From Schmidtea polychroa (Eukaryota), in NCBI GenBank assembly GCA_044892525.1, contig CM097885.1, forward strand, positions 31,126,001 through 31,190,000: 64,000 nucleotides of DNA, written 5' to 3'. The notes below the pieces were generated by a model, which searched no databases, was not told the origin of the DNA, and saw only the letters and a list, made by a program, of their open reading frames with translations. This document shows positions 24,397-35,251 of the stretch, piece after piece; position 1 is the first letter of the stretch; each line of letters begins with the position of its first letter. The translations under genes and the position numbers were made by a program.

Positions 24397-26020
24397 TTGA
24401 ATTTAAAAAATTAAATGAAGGATATATAAGTGTACATAAAATTATATAAAATTATACTATATTTATTAATAAATTTAGAATACATAAAATTATACTATAT
24501 AATAATGTTAATGTTTAAATATGCTTAAATAACTAAATTGTTTAAATATTTTTAAATAACTAAATTTAAATTATTTAAATTTAAATTATTTAAATATACT
24601 TTTGATATAACTTTATTTCTTTCGTTTTAGTATCCATAAAGTAAGTAAATAAAGAATTTACTACAATATTTTAATTATTTTACTTAGTAATGAAGAAAAT
24701 GAATTATATAATTATGAAGAAGATGAACCAGATAAAATGGTGAAACACTAAATGACTTATGTTCTGGATTTAGAAATTTCTTATTAAAACATGAATTATA
24801 GATGAAAATGAACCAGACAAAATGGTGAAACATTGCTATGTTCTGGATTTCTTAAATGAATTAGCTGATTGTGGGTGTCCTTCAACATGAATTATCAGAC
24901 TTAAATTATGTAAACTTTCAACGAATGTCAAGAAAAATGGGAAAAACCGATGTTTTAGCAATTAGATATTGTAAAGTACTACCTGAAGAATATTATTATT
25001 AATGTAAGACATGAATTAATTCTTTAAAATATATATATATATATTATATTTAGGTATCTGTGTTTTATGGTGGGAAATGACATTGAAAAAGTATACCACA
25101 AATAACAGTTGCCTAATTTATCAAGCCTGTGACGATAAAATGCTAGATAATGTAAGTTAATTGCTTTTAAATCAATATAAATTTTAGCAATGATAGTTGA
25201 CACCGCATCAGAGACTAAGAAATATGTCCAATTTGCAAGATGTATTCCAAATGGCCCGATGGAGATGATAATTTTGAGATAGAATACCAGCAGAAGAGCG
25301 AGAAAAATTTGTAAATTAAATATAATAGGGTTGGGTGGGTCCTTTTTATCCCTTAATTAATATATATTTACAAGCTGATCGTCGTGGTGGGCGGTTGTAA
25401 TCCAACTAGTGGGAGGCCTCTGTAAATATATATTTGTGTTAGTGAAAACATTAATTAATTTGGTTATAGTGCCAATGACGCATGTATTTTGAAATTATAC
25501 GTTTCGAATGTACTGGTAGTTGACTACCCATGCTAGGCGTAATGTTCCGTACGGAAAGCTATAATGCCCAGGTTCTTCTGACCCCACTTGGGGAAGGCAC
25601 AGACGACCCTTGTGGACGCGAACAAATATCCACCGTGTCTTTCAGGCACAGATATTTGGTCACTGCTCATTAGGCCTGGCAATACTAAACGCATAAACTT
25701 TGCCTTGTCCTCTCTTGTCTTGATTTTTTTCGTTTAAATATTAAAGTATGTGTGATAGGTTTTATTTACTAACCTTAATTAATATACCCTTGCGATATGT
25801 TGAATGTGAGTAGTACCTTTGTGAGCAATACCCATAGGGGGACAGAATATTTTGTCGGATAGACTAGGAGTATATACACCCATGTTAAACAAGGTATGTG
25901 TATATAGAATGTGTGTGTAAAATTATCGCTCCTTATTGACAACTTCATGTAAAGGCAAACACAGAATATTGCAAACATATAATAATTCTCTACCCCATAA
26001 CTTAGTGTGTAAAAATTATT
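24397..26020. repeat. Right inner arm of the ~1.6-kb inverted repeat
   Basis: Reverse complement of about 19450-21067 with few substitutions. Confidence 0.93.
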
Positions 26021-26211
26021 TTAGGTTTTTGACTAATTATAATAATAATTATAATAATAATAATAATATTAATAATAATAATACTAATAATAATAAAGTT
26101 TAATGGGTTGTGTGTGTGTAAAAAATATTTTAGGTTTTTCGCTAATATTGATAATAATAATTGTTAATGGGTTGTGTGTGTGTGTAAAAATATTTTAGGT
26201 TTTTAATATTG

Positions 26212-26276
<65 letters not shown>

Positions 26277-26386
26277 GTTTAATGGGTCGTGTAAAAATAA
26301 TTTAGGTTTTTCACTAATATTTGCGTTAATAATAATAAAGTTTAATGGGTTGTGTATCTATGTGTAAAAAATATTTTAGGTTTTTC

Positions 26387-26463
<77 letters not shown>

Positions 26464-26780
26464 GTTTAATGAGTTGTATGTGTGTGTAAAAATATTTTAG
26501 GTTTTTAATATTTACAATAATAATTGTTAATGGGTTGTGCATGTGTGTGTGTGTAAAAAATATTTTAGGTTTTTCAATAATAATAATAACTCCCGCGCGT
26601 GTTACTTTGAAATAATAAGGTATGTGTATATAGAATGTGTGTGTGTGTGGGGACAGAATATCTTGTCGGATAAACTCGGATTATATAATAATAATAATTA
26701 TAATAATAATAATAATAATAATCAACGATTTAAACAAAAATAAATTAATATGTAATCGATAATTAAAACAAAAATTATTA

Positions 26781-27120
26781 GTTCTAAAATTAAGAGGCAC
26801 CATTCTAAAAATAAGAGGCGCCATTCTAAAAATATTAGGCATTGTTCTAAAAATATTAGGCACCATTCTAAAAATATTTGGCATCGTTCTAAAAATATTA
26901 GGCATCGTTCTGAAAATATGACGTAATCATTCTAAAAATATTAGGCATCATTCTAAAAATATTAGACATCGTTCTAAAAATATTAGGCATCGTTCTAAAA
27001 TTATGACGTAATCATTCTAAAAATATTAGGCATCATTCTAAAATATTAGACATCGTTCTAAAAGTATGAGGCATCGTTCTAAAAGTATGAGGCATCGTTC
27101 TAAAAATGTGATGAGTCATC
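26781..27120 (+). repeat. 21-bp minisatellite (TTCTAAAAATATTAGGCATCG-like), with a related cluster at 27480-27597
   Basis: Directly visible tandem units; gives the MPNIFRT repeat ORF. Confidence 0.9.
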
Positions 27121-27713
27121 GTATGATAAAAATCTATATCTCATTAGAAAGTTCTTGCACAGAGCTTTAAAATAAGCTATCGATCAATATAATATGTTGG
27201 CGGGAACATTAATCTTTGAGATGAAAAAAAGTAGGAGCCCGCTGGGCCAATTAATAATATTTTGACAAATAATAATAATTTAACTTTGAAAAGATGGTGG
27301 TCATTAAATGTTAATAACATTAAAACTATTAAAGATATATAAGATACCTATAGCACATCTTAAAGGTCCTGCACTGGGCTTTAAGATGAGGTATCGTCCA
27401 ATAAAATCTGTTGGCGGGAACATTAATCTTTGGGATGACAAAAAGTAGGAGCCCGCTGGGCCACTAATAATATGGCTTCGTTCTAAAAATATGTGGCGTC
27501 GATTACGTAATAGTTCTAAAAATATGTGGCATCGTTCTAAAAATATGTGGCATCGATTATGTAATAGTTCTAAAAATATGTGGCATCGTTCTAAAAAAAA
27601 ATTTTTTATCGGGGGGGTGGGGGAGGGGGTATGTGTCGCGGCGGGCTCCTGTTCTGGGGAGCCCCAATCCTACTACTATAATTCTAACAAATGTACGTGA
27701 TAATACACTATGG

Positions 27714-28620
27714 CAGTGGTTTCCAACCCGGGAGGCGCCAAAACTTTTGGGTAAAAAAATAATTTTCATACCATAATATCCACAAATATATAAAACTTCA
27801 TATTGTAACGAAACTGTAAAAATTCAGTGAATAAATACTTATTTTTATTTTTATTACATTTCTATACATACATTTAATTCATATATAAAAATTATCCGAA
27901 GAGGAAGATTTTAAAATTGGCGCCTTTGCAACGCTCTGTTTCGGTTTATATGTTCGATATGTTGCGGGAAATGATATTTTAGAAGATATATTATTTTGCA
28001 AACCCATTCCTGGAAAGACCACATCCATTGAAAATTTTAATAGACGGTTTTTTGAAGAAAACGAATGTCCGAACACAAAGCAGGTCTTCAAGCATTGGTG
28101 AAAAAAAGCACCACATGCTATCTGGACGCACTGTATTCTTCACAGAGCAGCTCTAGTGTCAAAAAATATGAGCGACTAACTGAACAACATTTTCACAAAA
28201 GTTATAAAAATTATAAACTACATTAAGAACAGTCCCTTGAGAGCTAGGCTGTTTGCAAAACTGTGTGTTGATATGGAAGCTAATTATATTTCACTTCTGC
28301 ATTATTGTGAAGTTCGCTGGCTATCTCGTGCAAAAGTCCTTCAAAGGGTGTTTGAACTCAAAGAAGAAATAGCAATCTTTTTCGAAGAAAGCCATCATGA
28401 AGAGGCACATTTGTGAACGAACGATAACTTTATTGTGAAACATGCCTATTTGGTTGAAAGTTTTGGAAATTAAGCGGTTTGAATAAATCAATGCAGGGAT
28501 CACAAATGCATCCACTTGTTCAAAAAGACAAAGTAAAAGCTTTCATTAAAAAGCTGAAGTTATGAAAATTAAATTTACAAAAGAATGAGTTAGAAATGTT
28601 TTCACTTTCAAAAGATTTCA
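27714..28620 (+). pseudogene. Degenerate hAT (Buster/Charlie; ZBED8/SCAND3-like) element with transposase relic
   Basis: Left end CAGTGGTTTCCAACC; translations DILFCKPIPGKTT, WTHCILHRAAL, INYIKNSPLRARLF, LLHYCEVRWLSRAKVLQRVFELKEEI with stops and frameshifts. Confidence 0.85.
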
Positions 28621-30156
28621 TTTATAGTAAGCCAGATTTCTATCTCACAAACGACTAATTCTCTTGCTTAAAATTAACGGTCTTCTGTCCCATTTCCCAC
28701 TCGATCGAGTGGAATTATCAAGTTAATCACTGATCTTGCGAATGAAAACTCTCAATTTCTAGTTTTAAACGTGAGGATTTCGTTGCATCAAACTTTTTTG
28801 CTCGCTATGAATGATCGATTATAATATGCCAGGTTATTGTGGAAATAGAGTTGATTATGTCCCTTCTATCCGTCTCGCTGGACATTCGTTCTATTCGATA
28901 TTACTCAAATCGGGCAATAACCATCATTTTATGTGTCTATGAACTCTATATGGATAAATGTATTACATGGTCAAACTATGAGTTTGTTCATTCTCTCGTC
29001 ATAAAGGTAAATCATAGCCGGCCGTTGTTCATCGTGTTATGCTCACATATCTTGCCGAACCCATCATTTTATGGCTTGCTCGCAATTTCATCGCATCTGA
29101 CATATCTGGATTCATAGTGGCTTGACTTACCTTAAGCTTGCGGGATTTCCAACCCTCTACATCATTTCTGTCCACTATCGAACGGGAATTTACCGGATTA
29201 ACGACAATCATCAGGTAAACTACCACAACATCCCGGGGTCCATATTATGTTTATAGTTTACTAGCTTGGTAATATTGTGTAAAGACCGTGGGTCGGAAAA
29301 TCTGTATATTTAAAAAGAAATTGATTCTGTATTACAATAATATAAAGTAAAAGAGCAGTATAAATTTTTATTAAACCATAATTAGTTCATAGTAACATTA
29401 AATCATGATAACATTACATGAAAAGAAAGTAAAGATAACTTATTGACTACAAAATTGTATAAAATTTTGGGCATAATAAATGTTCGTTGCATCTGACTAA
29501 AAGCATCTTCTTTATACCCTTATTTTGGTGTGGTAGTATATATGTAGGCTTTGACGCTTTTAAAATAATTCAAATTTTTTAAATTTAATTTTTCGTGTTT
29601 AAATTTTTAGTCAACTTGGAGCTGTGTTTTTGTGCCTTTTGGTCACAATTCCTCATTCAGGTTTTGGCTAGAATCAGTTTTTGTTCAACAAGTTTAAATT
29701 TTTCTTTTTAAATTTTTAAAAATTTCTTTTTAAATTTTTAAATTATAAACCTAAATGAACTTTGTGGTTTATAAAAACCAATTAAAGTGAAATTCGTCTT
29801 AATCATTTATTGTTTTTTCTCTTTATTTTCTCGAGAACTCTAGAGTAATAAAAGTGAATTCATTAGAGTTTATAGCATTAAATTTTAAATTGTCATTGTT
29901 CCTTCTAAAAAATAAAAACTTAAAATGATGTCATTCCATACAACATTTCATTGAAGCTATCTTGTATTATAGTTTTTTTAAACTATTATTATTAATAAAA
30001 TATAAAAGAAAAATTGTACAATTTAAATACCTTTTTGTTAACTCAATCTTTTCTTTAAATCAAATTTGTTCATGTTTGTCTATGTTTGGCTATGCATGTG
30101 CATATGTAATATTCTTTGCCTAGGGGCGCCAGGTTCCATTGCGCCGGCCCTGTATA

Positions 30157-30786
30157 CACCCAAATCTTTTTTTACACGGTAGATAGGTTTCAAAGAAATC
30201 CGAGTAAAAAAATCAGGAAGACATAGTAAAATTGAGGATGTGATCTACAGTTTTAGAAAACCGTGTAAGATGAAAAAAAAACTTTTTGGTATTTAAAATC
30301 GTGCAAATAAACTTATGAAAACACATATAATTATTCTAAAACATATTCGTATATATCTCATTCTCATTTTTATTAAAAAAGATAACAAATAAAATTTTCC
30401 ATAAGTACTTATAAAATATTTAAATTACAAATCAAGAGCTTACAAAAAAATTAAATTACAAAATCATTGGTATCATCATTACTTGATAATAACCGGGCAC
30501 GTTTATTACCAACAGGTGCAATATTGTTTTCATCGCTAGAATCTAACACATCTAATGAACTTGAATCCATTGAAGGCTCTTGTTCGGTAATAACGTCCTC
30601 TGATGTTGGCTTTATAATTATTAGGAAATCCGTTATCAGAGGCTGAATTTCGATGTAATCGTGAATTTTTTTAATTATAAAATTATTTTGAAATTCGTGT
30701 TAGATCGAATAAATCGTGCAAAAAATGAGTAATTGTTCTTTTTCTGGACCGTGTTATTTCGAAATCGTGTAAAAAAGAGTTGAGTG
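30157..30786. mobile_element. pogo/Tigger-like MITE
   Basis: TA|CACCCAAATCTTTTTTTACACG ... CGTGTAAAAAAGAGTTGAGTG|TA; imperfect TIR with TA TSD. Confidence 0.75.
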
Positions 30787-30829
30787 TATTCACCTTTGCT
30801 TCATCCTGGTCAATAAAACTACAAGCTAT

Positions 30830-31895
30830 CGCGGCCATGTCATGGACTAGATGATACCTATTCTGAAGGGAGAAAGTGACGTTCAACTGTGGATTCAGAA
30901 AGTAAAGCTAGTGGAAAATATTCAAAACTCGTGGAGTTGGAATCAATAATTCCTTTATAATTCTTTATAATTCCTCAATAATTCCAGCTTTTGAAGTATA
31001 TCAGCATTTGAGCGCGGAGGACCAGGACACACATTGAAAATCGAACATGCCATAATCGATGTCTATTCAATAGATATTTTTCAAGCATATGACCGATTCC
31101 GTGAAGGAAAGTGGTGCAATGAGCCAATCGATGTCTATTTGAATGATCTCAAAAACTTAGCATCTTTGACCAAGATAGATAACGAGGTCATACCTAAAAG
31201 CTCATTCGTCATGGGTTTTCCAGCAGTGTCGTCACAACAGTTACGATCCAATGCCAAGATTTAGCAGATGTCTCTTGTTGAGGTCTTGAAACAGTCCCGT
31301 GTTTTAGTAAACTGTGACAGTATGGAACTATGTTCGGCTGTCGTGGGAAAACAAGACAAGCAAAAGAAATGCTTGTATTGCGGAGAGAATGGCCCTCTAG
31401 AAGTACGTTGTTTCAAGAAACAAGGAATGAAGTGTTGGCTACGTGAGTAAGTAAAAAAAATAAAGTAAGTGAACAAAGGAAAAGTTCGTCCGGTAACTAA
31501 ATAAATATGTTAGTAGTCATACTGAATAAAGTGACGTATATGGTGAATAATTAAGGTGATGGCGAATGATGGACGAACAGGTTATGTTAATTAATCTTAA
31601 AAATGCCAATCTTCAGATCCATGTTGATGAAGACCTATGGGAGCACCGAAGGGTTAATCACAAAGGGGATGGATACTTTCTAACGAGACTCGGTTTTGGT
31701 TTAAATGTGGCTCCGAAAATAATGTCAACAATATTACGAAAGTTACTGAGTTTAAGAGAAGACATCAAGAAAGCAACGGATAGTTATGTTGATGACATTA
31801 TTGTCAACCAGTCAAAAATAAATGTCAATGAAGTAATTAACCATTTAGCAGCATACGGGCTAACTACAAAGAGTTTGATGATGCAAGACTGCTAG
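30830..31895 (+). pseudogene. Degenerate Gypsy-like gag/RT fragment; mirror copy at about 38520-39560 (-)
   Basis: Gag-like EPIDVYLNDLKNLA..SSFVMG, knuckle relic CLYCGENG, RT YFLTRLGFGLNVAPKIM..DSYVDDII. Confidence 0.8.
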
Positions 31896-32145
31896 GTCTC
31901 CAGCTTTAAACAAGTATTAACTGTCGTACGTGGCATAAACGTTTTTTAATTATAAAATTATTTTGGAAGTCGTGTTAGATCGAATAAATCGTGCAAAAAA
32001 GGAGTAATTGTTCTTTTTCTGGACCGTGTTATTTCGAAATTGTGTAAAAAAGAGTTGAGTGTATTCACCTTTGCTTCATTCTAATTTAAATTAATGTCAT
32101 CATTTTGATGCATTTAATAAATAAAAATGTTATTTATATTATTAA

Positions 32146-33866
32146 TAGGGCAACCCAAAAGTTGCAAAAAAAAGTTGCAAAAAAGCTTAAAAAGTTGCAA
32201 AAGTTGCAATAAAAGCTGACTATAAAATAATATTAAATTTTTTATTATTTACTACAAAATATAAATATAAAATCATTAAAGTAGAATTCCTTTGTAAACG
32301 GGAAAACAAGCAAAAATTCTTGATAATTCTTTGGTCTAATGTTTCGGATCAAATTGTTTTTATTCATCAACTGAATTGAAATAGCAGATAAAGTAATACG
32401 GAATATTATTTCCGTTATAATTCCTGTCCTCTCTTAACATTCTTTTCAGCATTGAAAAGCTCCTTTCCACGTCAATTGACGTTGGCTGGCAATTTTTTAA
32501 CTGAGAATATGTTGCTGGCGAAATTTTGTCGTTAGACAACTCCAAAATGTTGTTTAAGTCGTTTTTAAACATTCTTTCCTGAATATAAGATTTCAAATTA
32601 CAAGGGTCGTCTTTGAAGTCGAATTCATTTATTCTTTTAAATGCACTTTCAATTGAATGTTTTGAATCTTCAAGCTCATCAGCCAATACAACTAACCCCC
32701 TGTAACAATTAAATATTTCTTCCAACTCTTTTGTTATCGTTTCTTTAAAAATAGCCGTTTTCGCATTTTCGATCAATATTCCCTTTTGAGTTATTTCCTT
32801 GAAATGTAATTTTATTTCTGGCAGTATTTTAGAATAAATTAATGCAGCGCCAAGCCAACTTGACCATCGTGTTACAATAACATCTGGAATATTGCCTGCC
32901 TTAGAAAGAATTCTTTTATTTTCTTTATTTTTTGCCGTTATTGACTTAATCGCAGAAATCATATTATCAGCATCTTTGTAGTGAATTTTTAACCGCATTG
33001 CACAATTATGAATTAGGTGCGCAATACATTTAATTGAGAAAAGGTTTGGATGCACGATTTTTAAATGATCGGCTGCTTTTCGCATGTAGCTAGCATCGTC
33101 GCTTAACGATTGCAAAAATTGTTTACTTTCAATTTCAAGAATATCAAATGTTTCATTTATAATGTTGACTACAATTTGGTGGGTTATCGGAGCTTTCAGG
33201 TGTATTAAATTGGCCGCGTAAACAATTTTAGGAGATTCGATTGTTCCTATTAATACCATGGCGTATTTTTCTAAGTTGATTGAAGTTTCATCCACAACTA
33301 GAAATATTTCTTTGTTTTTGACATAATCTTTCAATTTATTCAAAACTGCTGGGTATGTATTTTGAATAATGTATCTTCGCATACTCGATTCAGATGGAAG
33401 TGGATAGGTCATGAAATTAAAGAGCCTTTTGAGACTATTATTTCGTAGTTTGTGAAGCGGCAGGTCGATTGATATTAACGCGGTTGTTAATATTTCAAGA
33501 AATTCCCTCTTCTTCACGCTTATAAAGTCTTGTTTAGCGGGTTCTTCGCTATTTAATTGGGATAATAAGGTGGAATGCTTAAGACTTCTTCGGTGCTTTT
33601 CAATCGTATATTTTCTTTTGTGGTCGACTGTTTTAGAACACAGATTGCAGTACAACTGATCGTTTGGGGCCATTACAAACTCCTTATTGTATAATGCACA
33701 GTATTTTCTAATGTTCGAATTATTTTTCATGGTAAAAAAAATTAAAAATCTATATATGAATATATAATTTTTAAATCAAAAAATCTATATATGAATATGT
33801 AATTTTTAAATCAAAAAATTTCCAAAAAAAGTCAAAAGTTGCAAAAAGTTGCAATGGGTTGCCCTA
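32146..33866 (-). mobile_element. Full-length compact hAT transposon (1721 bp)
   Basis: 11-bp TIR TAGGGCAACCC / GGGTTGCCCTA, AAGTTGCAA subterminal repeats, 8-bp TSD ATTATTAA (32138-32145, 33867-33874); empty site in the mirror arm near 38275-38295. Confidence 0.95.
32360..33730 (-). CDS. Intact hAT-family transposase (CGGBP1-like N-terminal C2H2 finger)
   Basis: 456 aa; LYCNLC...KHRRSLKH finger, VVDETS, SDDASYM, CIAH (CxxH), TRWSSW, PTSIDVERSFS. Confidence 0.88.
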   Translation of the reverse strand: MKNNSNIRKYCALYNKEFVMAPNDQLYCNLCSKTVDHKRKYTIEKHRRSLKHSTLLSQLNSEEPAKQDFISVKKREFLEILTTALISIDLPLHKLRNNSLKRLFNFMTYPLPSESSMRRYIIQNTYPAVLNKLKDYVKNKEIFLVVDETSINLEKYAMVLIGTIESPKIVYAANLIHLKAPITHQIVVNIINETFDILEIESKQFLQSLSDDASYMRKAADHLKIVHPNLFSIKCIAHLIHNCAMRLKIHYKDADNMISAIKSITAKNKENKRILSKAGNIPDVIVTRWSSWLGAALIYSKILPEIKLHFKEITQKGILIENAKTAIFKETITKELEEIFNCYRGLVVLADELEDSKHSIESAFKRINEFDFKDDPCNLKSYIQERMFKNDLNNILELSNDKISPATYSQLKNCQPTSIDVERSFSMLKRMLREDRNYNGNNIPYYFICYFNSVDE

Positions 33867-34710
33867 ATTATTAATTTATAAAACAATAAAATGATAATTT
33901 AAGCCTTTTGCAGCGAATAATGTTTTGAATGAAAAGATTTTCGACTATAAGATAGTCCTTGTCAATCTATTAATATAGTTCATCGATATTTTTTACAATA
34001 AATGTAACGCATTTATCTAACGAATAACTTTATGAAATTTTCGACAATGCACTTCGTTTTATCTCTTCAACGGATGGTTTTTATGTAAATATGTGGCGGC
34101 TGTGTAAGATGTAAGACTCAAAATGAAAAAAATATTAAAAAAATACTATTAATTTACCATGTTTGTGAGATCATGTAATATTTACACTGGAAATCCACAT
34201 TCAATTAGAAATTTCAATTTTCATTCAGATTTTGGCCAAGTTGCAAATTTATTTTTTCGGCATTTCTACAAATCAAATCTGTAACATTTGGTTATTATAT
34301 AATCAACAGTTGGTAAGTCAGGAACCCATTGCAAATCCTGTAGAATTATGGTAATGTTGATTGAGAACTTTATTTTTCAGTTGACTTTTTTAATGGATTT
34401 ATTTTTTTTTCTTATATATTCAATTAATATTTATTTACAGAGACATTTCTTATTGATGATTTTGGTTGCAATGAATCTCGTGTTGATGGAAGGCTCATCA
34501 CGTTGTAAGTTGTTAAATACATCATTACGCATTAATTATTTATTAGGTAATACACTTAGTCCTGAATTGTGTGGAGAATGTTGTCCATCAAAAAAATGTT
34601 ACTACGAACCCTATAAACGAGGAATCATGAAGTTTTACAATTTTGTATGCGCTTAACATGCAAAAACGAATTATCAGTTAATTTGAAATCATGATTTATT
34701 TTCAAATAAA

Positions 34711-35190
34711 TTAAAACTCAGACTTTTCTCCTAAGTTTGATAACCAGAATTTATTAAAGTCACTTAACATTAATGAGTTTTTTCTTCTAATGCATTCGTG
34801 CTCTATTGCCTTAAACTTCATGTATATAGCGTATATTTTCCAATATTTTGATAAATTTTCTGTCAATTCGGTTATAAATGACTGATATGATTCATTTTTA
34901 AAAGAGACAATAATAATTTGTGAATGGATTGGCCCATCTTTGGATATTGCCAAAACTAGAGAAATATTGGGATCTCTATTTGTTGGCAAATTACTATAAA
35001 TTCTATTGCCTATTCGTGATTTACCGAATCTCTTTTTCGTCCATGTATTGAAAGAGCATTTACCTTATTAAGTGTATGTATATTTCATATAAAATAATGA
35101 TGATGACATTATGCGTACACGTTCCTTGTTAACGATATATGTTCTTGTTAATCATTCGCTATCTTTGTTAACCAAGCACTGTCACTGTGC
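34711..35190 (-). pseudogene. Tc1/IS630-like transposase fragment; mirror copy at about 37070-37550 (+)
   Basis: TWTKKRFGKSRIG..PTNRGPNISLVLAISKDGPIHSQII resembles the region after the first catalytic D, as in the DD34E ORFs at 53833 and 57648. Confidence 0.6.
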
Positions 35191-35251
35191 ACAAAATGCA
35201 TTTCTTATGAAAATAATTAGTAGTGTGCGATATTTAGGGCACAAAAATAGA

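Larger units (their letters stand above)
17165..27677. mobile_element. Non-autonomous Polinton/Maverick-like palindromic element (about 10.5 kb)
   Basis: Termini AGTAG... and ...CTACTACT; homologous GC-rich inverted ends (GATTGGRGCTCCCCAG..CAGGAGC..CACAT..ACCCCCTCCCCC); flanks ATAATA/ATAATT (6-bp TSD, 1 mismatch); no recognisable polB or integrase ORF inside. Confidence 0.72.

Noticed and set aside
28620..29900. Possible LTR-element leader or LTR relic (similar unassigned GC-richer tracts at 43760-44240 and 57850-58330)
   Set aside because: No protein motif, paired LTR, PBS or TSD could be established by eye
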